Assembly: GCA_048013815.1 (NCBI GenBank) | Contig: CM106586.1 | Coordinates: forward strand, 5,332,001 to 5,396,000 | Direction of reading: 5' to 3' | Length of the DNA stretch: 64,000 nt | From: Setoptus koraiensis | Taxonomy: Eukaryota > Animalia > Arthropoda | In this document: piece after piece, positions 23,793 through 33,134 of the stretch | Numbering within the stretch: position 1 is the stretch's first letter | Layout: each line of letters begins with the position of its first letter | Notes under the pieces: generated by a model | Seen by the model: only the letters and a program-made list of their open reading frames with translations | What the model was told of the DNA's origin: nothing | Databases searched by the model: none | Made by a program: the position numbers and the translations under genes

Positions 23793-25842
23793 AATTGATA
23801 TCGATCGAAGCACGCTAATCAAGAATAATTTGAAATTTTCAATTTCGAAGGTCCAGTTGCAATATGTCAAATAGCATTGATGTGTTTTCTATCGGCCTGA
23901 TTCTGTCGGAAGATTCTATTAATATTTTCTCTGTTATTTAGTGGAAACAACAACTTCTTAGATACTCTGTCGCTGCAAATCGTTATTGGGGAGAAGTTTA
24001 TTATTAGCACAACTTTTATCAACGCTGGCTATCAATGCTTTTGCTCGCAGTTGTCTGGCAGGAGATGCAACTTTACAGGACATCGTTGTAACGACCACAA
24101 AAGAGCATAAAGAACTCAAACAGTGACTGGTCCTGATTGTTCCGGTATAAATCAAGACACCATTAGAACGTCCGATCTGCTCAACCTGATGCATCCTCTT
24201 ATGGTACCATAGCAATGATGTCAAAGAATATCTAGTCGTCTATGATGTGAGTTTTGTATCCTAGAATGCACATTATCTAGTAAGGCGTCCGCGTTTGGTC
24301 TCAACGTTGTTAATTGCGTTGAATGCAGGGCAATACACCAAGCTTGTTCGATTAACCGGACACATTGACGACGAATCTGCATCGAATTCAATTGGGTCAA
24401 TCTTTTACATAATCCTTTATTGTAGCAATGCATTCATTGGGTGATGTAGTTAAACAAAACAAACGACATCAATATAGAAAACCACTGCTGGACCTCAATG
24501 AAGTGGCCAAACTGACTGGTCTTGTTGAAATAGATCGGATTTTTCTCTTTCGCTCTGTCCACTAGTGATTTTGGCGACGATGGTAATTTGTATTTGGAAG
24601 TTTGGTTATAGTGCTGACGAAGAGTGCACAATTTCACTATTGCTGGCCTCTCAGTAGTGACATAAGCAACCGTATTGGACTTTGCAGCGACATGCGCGGA
24701 GATCCAATTAGGAAATAGAGTTATGATACTCAACATGATCCAACCCAATATAGATACCAGTAAAGAGTTGCCCAGCAAAAGAGGTAGAGCGCTCACCATT
24801 TTTGCCATCATATCCAAATAAATTGTTAATCGTCATAATTTCACCTGTCATAGTGAATACAAACGTTCGAATGAACTGACTAGCTGACTTTGATGATCAC
24901 AGTACGAAACATCAAAAAATACAATTAGAGCGGACAATTGTAAAATGGTTGCGGTCGAACGAGTGTCAAGGGCATTAAAAAAAAATTAAATTGGGAAGGT
25001 ATGCTTATTGAGCGGATCGATGAACATTCGACACGCCGTGCAGGTAGTCTCATGACAAAGCATCTGAGTATTTATATGAGTGAATCAGTTTATTATTAAC
25101 TATCGTCAAGTTAGCCGGGGATTCAAAAACAAGGGACTACTTGCAATCGTATCGCCTGTTGCATCTTTGATCCGTATTCACACATAGCCCCACCCCGACT
25201 TTTGACGCTCGAATTATGCCTTAAGTTGTAGATCGTCTCGATGCGAACCGGAAAAAAGACGACAGACCTTTCTCATGTTGACACAGGTGATTACGGTTAA
25301 TTTCTGTCGTAAATCAGTTCGGAATTTGCCAAGCTCGCCGGCGCACAATGACCGAGTCGCATTCTATTCCATATTGTCTACGATATTTGATTTTATCGCA
25401 ACATTTCGGAACTCCAAACAAGAGTTTGTCTCATTCACCGAAAGCGAATCAACAGTGCCCTGCAAATGTTATTTTTTTTTCATTATTTTCTCTCTTCAAA
25501 TCTCGTTTCTGAGTGTGATAAGTTAATGATGATTAGTAATCGATCAAGGGGTTCGCCCTGAATTGTTCTAAGTGCTAGCACATATACTATGCACATTTGA
25601 GAGAATGCGCATGCCTTTATTATCGGGTCATACATGATTAATTTATTGTTCTCCTATCCCAGTTTCATTGGCTCACGCCACAAACAATTCTGTGAAACTT
25701 GGCGAGAGAGACTATTTTCACTTTCGCAGTCGCCGAAAATGTTCATGCCATTCAAAGAAGTACAAACCTGATAGGTCAGCTTATTCAGCCCTTTATTTCG
25801 AACTGGACATTCTCTCATCAGGCTTCATGAATTTATTGACCG

Positions 25843-26613
25843 TTACCAATCTCTCTCATCCGCTGAAAAAACCCAATCACCCGGGTAAGGCCACTGCTGA
25901 ATCGCAAGTTTCGTCGCATCTCCGTCAGGATACCATGAGAAAACCATTCGGGGGGGCTCTGAAGTTAATGACACCATAACTGCTTGGCAGATCTTTGCAG
26001 CAGAATAAAGTGGCCCAATCGGCTCATTGCTGCTAATGACAAGCTTATTGAACTGTTCATCGTCAACATTCTCCTCCTTAGCTATCTTTATAAGATCATT
26101 GACGGCTTTCTGGAAGTTGAAAAAATTTTTGCCGTGAAAACTATGATAGGGGCACAATTTTTTCGCCAGCTTGAAATACATATCCCTTACACCCTCGTGC
26201 CATCTGCTCTTGTAATTTATATAATGGTTGAAATTATTCAAGAATCGCTGCTTCAATCCTTTAATGTCATTATGCAAACCGGCCACAAGATGAGTTACTT
26301 CTTTCATGTCAATGTCACTCTTTAATTCATAGGGCCAATATTCACCCTTGTGTGTGGCCACTTGTAATATTTTCATCATTTGTCTTGGCCAATGCTGACT
26401 TTTACTTTGCTGATGCGCCGGACTTGATTGGCCAGCAACCTCTTTGAGATTCGACAGCAGATGAAATTCGTTTTGGTACCATTTTTCGACTTCATTATTG
26501 ATCATCTTTATTTGTTCCAAAGTACGTTCCTGTCCTCGTACGAGCATGGAGTTTAAACTCATGACGAACATGAGAGCCCCAAGAGCTAAACTGATAATAT
26601 TGAGTGGATGCAT
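25843..26613 (-). CDS. Secreted protein family, copy 3 (256 aa)
   Basis: ATG at 26613; signal peptide and family motifs present. Confidence 0.9.
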   Translation of the reverse strand: MHPLNIISLALGALMFVMSLNSMLVRGQERTLEQIKMINNEVEKWYQNEFHLLSNLKEVAGQSSPAHQQSKSQHWPRQMMKILQVATHKGEYWPYELKSDIDMKEVTHLVAGLHNDIKGLKQRFLNNFNHYINYKSRWHEGVRDMYFKLAKKLCPYHSFHGKNFFNFQKAVNDLIKIAKEENVDDEQFNKLVISSNEPIGPLYSAAKICQAVMVSLTSEPPRMVFSWYPDGDATKLAIQQWPYPGDWVFSADERDW

Positions 26614-26940
26614 TTTCGAAACCAATCAGAGCGCGTCAAGAATAAATTGTATTTTTTTAATTGGTAGTTTTAGCTTGAAATGTGTATTGCAATATGTTAA
26701 AAAGGTATTGGGAGTGTTTTATCGGACGGATGCCGTGGATAGAGTCTACTAATATTTCTTATTCTGGAATCCAGCAGAAAAAATCTTTCAGCGACTGTCT
26801 CCACGAATTGGTACCTGAGAGGATTCTATTTTTGGCACAACTTTTCATCGACCTGAGATCACAATTCTTTCGCTCAACGTCATGGAGGGCAAAATGGCAG
26901 AATATCTCACTCGCGACCGGAAAACGACTATAGCAAAATA

Positions 26941-27032
26941 TGGATCCTCTTCTTCGGCTGCTCTCTCCAGATTCCTCGATCGACATCATATTGACTGTCT
27001 GGGAAAAACCAAATCGCGGGAGCAGAGCCATA
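26941..27032 (-). pseudogene. Relic of the 3' end of a ninth family copy
   Basis: Minus strand GTATGGCTCTGCTCCCGCGATTTGGTTTTTCCCAGAC matches the WPYPGDWVFPR-coding DNA of copy 5 at 29 of 37 nt. Confidence 0.55.
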
Positions 27033-27317
27033 CCTATAGCGTATGTTCGGCATCGATGGGGTCACCCTAAATTGTTCAAAATTACTAGCACATAAAATGC
27101 ACATTCGAAAGAATGCGCGGTTCTTTATTTATGGGTAATACATGATTAATTTCTTGTACTTTGTACACCAGTCTCATTGTCTCACACCGCAAACAATTCT
27201 TTAAATCTCGGCGAGAGACTATTGCACTTTCGCAGCATCTAGAACGTTCATGTGATCCAAAGAAGTAAGAAACTGATAGGTCGGCTTATTCAGCCCTCTG
27301 TTTCGAACTGAATTCTC

Positions 27318-28118
27318 TCAAACTCTCAAATTCAATATTTCCTTATATATTTCTTGAGAGCCAACTAACTCGTCCTTTTGAAAAACCCAGTAGCCAGGGT
27401 AAGGCCACTTCTGGAGTGCACGTTCGGCGTCTTCAGACCATTGGAACCATCTTTGGGGGGGATCTTCGGTGACCGCTATTACAACTGCATGACAGATCTT
27501 TGCGGCCGAATAAAGTGGCGCAATAGGCTCACTACTTGTGATGATGAGCTCGTTGAACAGTTTATTGGTAACACCTTCCTCCTTGGCTATCTTTGTAAGA
27601 TCGTCGATGGCTTTTTGGAAGTTGAAAAAATTTTTGCCGTGGAAACCATAGGTGGGGCACAATCTCTTCGCTTGCTTGGCATACACATCCCTTACATCCT
27701 CGTGCCATCTGCTCTTGTAATTTATATACATGTTGAATTTCTTGGAGAAACGTTCCTTTAATCCTTTAATGTTATTATGCAAACCTGCCACAAGATGAGT
27801 GACTTCTTTCATGTCGACCTCACTCTTTAATTCATAGGGCCAATATTCATCGCTGTATGTGGCAACTTGTAATATTCTCATCATTTGTCTTGGCCAATGC
27901 TGACTCTTACTTTGCCGATGCGCCGCACTGGCTTTCCCCGCAACTTCTTTGAGATTCGACAGTAGATGAGATTCGTTTTGGTACCACTTTTCGACTTCAT
28001 CGTTGATCATCTTTATTTGTTCCAAAGTACGTTTTTGTCCTCTGACCGACACACAGTTTAAACTCATGACTAACATCAGAGCCCCAATAGCGAAACTGAT
28101 AATATTGAGTGGATGCAT
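27318..28118 (-). CDS. Secreted protein family, copy 4 (266 aa)
   Basis: Signal peptide and family motifs; the stop codon arises within an 8-bp tandem duplication at 27315-27330. Confidence 0.9.
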   Translation of the reverse strand: MHPLNIISFAIGALMLVMSLNCVSVRGQKRTLEQIKMINDEVEKWYQNESHLLSNLKEVAGKASAAHRQSKSQHWPRQMMRILQVATYSDEYWPYELKSEVDMKEVTHLVAGLHNNIKGLKERFSKKFNMYINYKSRWHEDVRDVYAKQAKRLCPTYGFHGKNFFNFQKAIDDLTKIAKEEGVTNKLFNELIITSSEPIAPLYSAAKICHAVVIAVTEDPPQRWFQWSEDAERALQKWPYPGYWVFQKDELVGSQEIYKEILNLRV

Positions 28119-28872
28119 TTCTGACAGTAATCAGGGCACTCCAATCAAGAATAAATTGCAATTTTTTAATTCGAAGTTTCCGCTTCCAATGTGTGTTGCA
28201 ATATGTCTAAAAACATTTGTGGGGATTCCGTGGAAAGGGTCTAATAATATTTTTTCCGGAATGTGGTGAAAAAAAAATTCTTTAAGCGATTCTACGAATT
28301 TCCACCCGAAGAATCTATTTTTGGCACAACTTTTCATCAGTGTGAACTTGTAATGTCAAACCAAATATTAGAGTAAATGTTTCGGCAGTCATTGCAGACC
28401 TAATGTTTGAATTCATCACACAACCTTGTGACCTAGCGATAAAACCAGAACCACTCGCTCACCGTAGCGAACAAATGCGAAAACGTTCCAATCTACCCGA
28501 GTCGATGGCATCGTCCAATGACCCAATGAGTCAAAAAGAGGCTTAAATGGGCTGCCCGAATCGCCCAGTGGGTCAAATAGGGCAAAGATGAGCTACCAAA
28601 GTCGCCAGTGGGTCATTCAGATTGGTGGATCAGATTGGGTCGACCCAAGGGCAGGTATTGACACACTAGCCTGCGCCAACATAACTATTCGTGATGCTAG
28701 TCTAAATATGTCGTCGCGTTTTCAATATTTCACGTTTTTTAATTAAAACTCAATGCACAGATTTTACTTATTTCCATCTCATCTCTGGTCTTTTGACACA
28801 AAATTTCCCGAATTTGCTCAAACGGAAGCATATTCACTCTTGCAACGCCAAGTATTTATACGATCCAATGCA

Positions 28873-29727
28873 TCAGGCGCCGAACAAGTAGTCTCCATTA
28901 GGCTTTTGTTCGTCTTCGGCCTTTTTCTTTCCGAGCTCTTCTCGCTCCTTCTTGATCCTTCTGGAGATCTCCTCCATGAACAAATGATAGGCCTCTCCCG
29001 GTCTAGGAAAAACCCAATCGCCTGGGTAGGGCCATGCCGTAATCGTACGCTCGGTGGCTTCGGACCATTTGAACCAATCCGTGTGGGGGCTCTCATTTAC
29101 TGCCACTATAACAGCTTGGCAGATTTTTGCGGCTGAATAAAGTGGCGCAATAGGCTCACTGCTAGTAATGACGAGCCCATTAAACTGTTTATCGTCAACA
29201 TTTTCCTCCTTAGCTAATCCTAAAAGATCCTCGATTGCTTTTCGAAAGTTGAAATAGTCTTCGCTGTTGGAGCTGTAAGGAGTGCACAATTCCTTTGCTT
29301 GACTGAGATACACATCCCTCCTCACATCGCCTAGTCTATATTTGAGGCGTAAGTAGGCGTTGAAATTGTGCTCGAAATCTGCTCTAATGTGTATGTTGTC
29401 TTGATGCAAACCGGAAACAAGACGATTCACTTTTTGCATGTCAACCTCACTCGATGAACGTAATTTTGTGGCAACTTGTAATACTTTCATCATTTGTCTT
29501 GGCCAACGACGGTTCTCACATTGTAGCTGAGCCGCGCTGGCATTACCAGCCAGCTGTCCGAAATTCGGCAACGTTAGAGATTCATTGTTGTACCATTTTT
29601 CGACTTGATCATTGATCGTCTTTATTTGTTCCAAGAAACGTTGCTGTCCTCTCGACATTGCAGGGTTGCAACTCATGAACACGAGAGTTCCAAATGCAAC
29701 ACTGACGGCAGTGAATAGATGCACCAT
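28873..29727 (-). CDS. Secreted protein family, copy 5 (284 aa; full charged C-terminal tail)
   Basis: Family motifs plus tail HLFMEEISRRIKKEREELGKKKAEDEQKPNGDYLFGA; its upstream DNA does not resemble that of the other copies. Confidence 0.9.
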   Translation of the reverse strand: MVHLFTAVSVAFGTLVFMSCNPAMSRGQQRFLEQIKTINDQVEKWYNNESLTLPNFGQLAGNASAAQLQCENRRWPRQMMKVLQVATKLRSSSEVDMQKVNRLVSGLHQDNIHIRADFEHNFNAYLRLKYRLGDVRRDVYLSQAKELCTPYSSNSEDYFNFRKAIEDLLGLAKEENVDDKQFNGLVITSSEPIAPLYSAAKICQAVIVAVNESPHTDWFKWSEATERTITAWPYPGDWVFPRPGEAYHLFMEEISRRIKKEREELGKKKAEDEQKPNGDYLFGA

Positions 29728-30314
29728 TTAAATATATTAGAGGCTCAAATTTAGAGCAAATAAAATAAGAAAATAAATCTCCACGAATTCTTTCTGCCTT
29801 TGCTGAGTTGAATAGGCCATACGAACACTCGTCAATTTTTTCCCTTAGTTCCTTTCTGAGCTCTCCCACACACAATATCCGAGTAACGAACCCCTCTCGG
29901 ACAGATATTTATTTTTATCACAGTTTTTTGGAAGCGCCAGCACGATCCATTCCCGTTCGCTGAATAGCAACGGGAATGGAATTCCAATCAATCTTGTGTG
30001 GATCCAAATTTAGTGCTAACAAGAAAAATGTTGTCTAGCGTGAAAAGTGTGACACTGGTTGATTATTCACATCTGAGGGGCATGTTTGTGATTGTGTAGC
30101 GATGACACTGTCATTATGACAGCATATGTCGAATCTGTCGGTTTAATTTGAGAAATATATCCTTACTATCATACATCAAATATTGTCAAATATATGTTTG
30201 TTGTTAGTGTACATGAGTGTGTCGTGACAATGTGGATATTGCCGGGCATTGTCGAGTATACAAAGTGTCGAGTATACAAAGTGTCGAGTATACAAAGTAT
30301 TCTTGGGGTGTCGG

Positions 30315-33134
30315 TCACAATCTGGCTCGCGTGGGCGGCCTGTTCTTGGACGAGGCCAACGAGTCGGACCTCCGGAGGGGGTAGAGTGAGGACGATTTGC
30401 TTGAGGTGCGCCTGAGTGAGGCCCCCACGCCCGACGAACCACTTGTTGTTCTCAGCATGTTCTTTGCTGCGTACAAAACCAGTCCGACGTCTCGGTGTCC
30501 GTTATCCATGGCTATGGCCAGAGCGTCTAGGCCGTCGTTGTCCGTGGTGTGCGGATCGGTGAGTTTGTGGGCCAATAGACACTTGACAATCTCTAGATGG
30601 CCTATTTCGCTGGCGCACATAAGCGCCGTTGAGCCGTCTTTGTCTTGTAACGACGGATCGGCGCCACAATCCAGCAAAATTTTGCACGTCTTAGTTCGGC
30701 CATGACTAACGGCCAGCATGAGGGCCGTTTGACCGTTCTGGGTGGCCTTTATGTTGACATTGCCCAATTGAAAAACTCGCCTGGCCACCATTTCCTTAAA
30801 ATGATCGCCTATGTCCGCTAAAGCTAATAACATTATTGGCGTATAGCCGGCCCTGTTGCGTCTATTCATATCGCAAATTTTTGTATCAAGCAACACGTTC
30901 AACAGGTTGTAATTGAAATGAGATGCGGCATAATGTAACACGCTGTTGCCGGCAATATCGGTGAGATTGACAACTGTATTGAGCAATTGTTTCGAATGAG
31001 ATTCAAATAGGTTCAAATAGACTCGCGCCAATTGATAGCAAGAGTCCTTTCGCGTTGCCACGCCAAACCATTCCTTTCTGATCACCTCAAAGCACGACGT
31101 CAGCTCCTGCAATCCGCTCAAATCGTCGTCTTCGCGCAGATGATCGGCCAAATGTTTGAGGGCCTCTTTGAGCTCTTTCGAGGGCTGTCTAAAGGCGTTG
31201 ACGGGCGCCGATGCAGTTGTCGTTGTTTGGGGGGCTTTTTCTGACGATTTTTCCGGCCGAATCTCGCCGAGTGGCACCGTCAGACCAAAGGCGCAATATT
31301 CCTCAAAGTCGCTCGGATCCTGATAGCTGCCCAAGCTCGAGGCTGCGTCCCCGTCGTCGTCGTCGTCGTCGTCGTCGTCTTCAGACAGAGAGGTCTCATC
31401 GTCGCTAGAGGCACTGGACAGTTGGTCGCTGGTGTCGTGTTGCGTCGAATCGCCACTATCGCTGGCGTGATCGGAATCTTTTTCCTCATTATCCTCGTCC
31501 GAGCTGGTGGTCAGTTCGCTGAACAGCTGACCGCTGTCGTTGTTCAGTGGATTTGAGGCGCACGAAGACGACGACAACGACGATATAGAGATCGGTATGG
31601 AGGTTTTACCTGATCGGCTTGCGCGCACAAATTTGTGGTGGCCACTTGTTGGCAGCTCCACTTTGATTTGTACTTTTTCTCCACTATCACTGTCATTGGT
31701 GGACTTGCCGTTGATGCTGCCATTGTAATTTGTTGCTATAATTATTTGTTTGGCGGTGCCCATGTCGCGACTTGTCATCAATTTGTTGTCGCCATACAGG
31801 CCCGACATGTTGGCCGCAGCAGCCGGAAGTTGCTCTGTTTGGGCCTGATTGATCACTATGGTGGTCACATGTTCGTTTGGAGTGGCCGCTGTGCCGGCTG
31901 GGGCGGGCGACCTGACAGTGACCTGAGGTTGGCCTAACGTTGTCGAGGTGTCGCCCTGGCCCAGATAATTCATTATTGCCCAGAGGTTTTTGTCCACTTG
32001 AGTTGCGGCCTCGCAACGCTCAAAAGAGTCATATCCGGTGTCGGAATGTTGCTTACTGGTGGAATTAGTGAAAAAGTGAGTGCTGCTCGTCGTTGTGACG
32101 CTAGAAGAGGTCGGCTCTCTGAGGGTCGGGGTACCGCCGATGCTGCAATCAACGGCTATGTCACGAGTGACAACAGAATGCACTTTCGCCCGTCTCGTTG
32201 ATTGGTTCTGTTGGGCCGGAATCCAGTGAGCCGAGCAACCTGTTGCTCGGCTCACATCATCACCTGGCTGCTGGCTTCTTATGTAACTGTTCAATTCATT
32301 TCGTGTGATTATGTCCTCCATAAATAGATCAGTGTTGACAGCGGCATCTTTTGTCCGTTTGTTGCTTGTTTTGGTTTGTTGTGTGATTTGTTTGTTTGCA
32401 GCCGCTGGCATGGAGTTTTGTGTCAATGTGGAAAAGAAAGTCGGGCAACTGTAATGATTTTTGGCCTCATCGTCGGCTCGGTCTGTCTCGACAGTGCAAG
32501 GCAAACTAGTGGGTGGCTTGCTGCTATTGTTGCTGCTATAATGTTTTTTGTGACAAATATTGGCCAAACGATCATGTTTGACGACGCTGGGCAATGAGTG
32601 GTTGCTGTTGATAATAGCGCCGGGCTTGTGATAACAACGCTGACCAGTGCTGTTATTATTCACCGAAGACGCTATTGTATTGCTTGAGTTTGAGCTTGAT
32701 GAGTTAATGTAATTAACTGAGTATGATAATGAGATTAGATCATTGATTAGATCCTCGAAATCCACCTTGCCGTCGACCGGGCTAGTGACCCCCCTATCGG
32801 TGGGGCTACAATTGTAATTGTTATTGCTGGCAGCAGTATGTATGCTTTTGCTGTTGCTGTTGCGCAATCGTGTCAAATGATTTGTATTTGATTCTAGCGA
32901 CGTAGTTGACGGGGTGCTCCTCTGACTGTTTGTTGTACAAAATCCGTTTGAGCTGCAACTGGATTGCAGCATCATGTCAACAGTTCTTTGTAGACTAGGT
33001 ATTACTTTGACTTGATCCTCAAGATCTTTCACTCTAGACAAACTGGCCGCAATGCCCTCGGTGAGATTGTCCAGTGCTGTTTTGCTCACCAGCACCATCT
33101 GATGGTGAGATGCAATTTGATTGTCCGACGACAT
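30315..33134 (-). CDS. KANK: KANK/VAB-19-like ankyrin-repeat protein (939-aa open frame; upstream exon possible)
   Basis: C-terminal KANK-type ankyrin array (GNSVLHYAASH...RAGYTPIMLLAL...GQTALMLAVSHGR...DGSTALMCASEIGH...GHRDVGLVLY), acidic S/D tract and N-terminal coiled coil. A CACAG acceptor lies 2 nt before the ATG. Confidence 0.88.
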   Translation of the reverse strand: MSSDNQIASHHQMVLVSKTALDNLTEGIAASLSRVKDLEDQVKVIPSLQRTVDMMLQSSCSSNGFCTTNSQRSTPSTTSLESNTNHLTRLRNSNSKSIHTAASNNNYNCSPTDRGVTSPVDGKVDFEDLINDLISLSYSVNYINSSSSNSSNTIASSVNNNSTGQRCYHKPGAIINSNHSLPSVVKHDRLANICHKKHYSSNNSSKPPTSLPCTVETDRADDEAKNHYSCPTFFSTLTQNSMPAAANKQITQQTKTSNKRTKDAAVNTDLFMEDIITRNELNSYIRSQQPGDDVSRATGCSAHWIPAQQNQSTRRAKVHSVVTRDIAVDCSIGGTPTLREPTSSSVTTTSSTHFFTNSTSKQHSDTGYDSFERCEAATQVDKNLWAIMNYLGQGDTSTTLGQPQVTVRSPAPAGTAATPNEHVTTIVINQAQTEQLPAAAANMSGLYGDNKLMTSRDMGTAKQIIIATNYNGSINGKSTNDSDSGEKVQIKVELPTSGHHKFVRASRSGKTSIPISISSLSSSSCASNPLNNDSGQLFSELTTSSDEDNEEKDSDHASDSGDSTQHDTSDQLSSASSDDETSLSEDDDDDDDDDGDAASSLGSYQDPSDFEEYCAFGLTVPLGEIRPEKSSEKAPQTTTTASAPVNAFRQPSKELKEALKHLADHLREDDDLSGLQELTSCFEVIRKEWFGVATRKDSCYQLARVYLNLFESHSKQLLNTVVNLTDIAGNSVLHYAASHFNYNLLNVLLDTKICDMNRRNRAGYTPIMLLALADIGDHFKEMVARRVFQLGNVNIKATQNGQTALMLAVSHGRTKTCKILLDCGADPSLQDKDGSTALMCASEIGHLEIVKCLLAHKLTDPHTTDNDGLDALAIAMDNGHRDVGLVLYAAKNMLRTTSGSSGVGASLRRTSSKSSSLYPLRRSDSLASSKNRPPTRARL

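Noticed and set aside
25860-25880. Programmed -1 frameshift into the tail frame at GGGTTTTT
   Set aside because: Not a canonical in-frame X XXY YYZ heptamer and no downstream stimulator seen; mutational decay is simpler.
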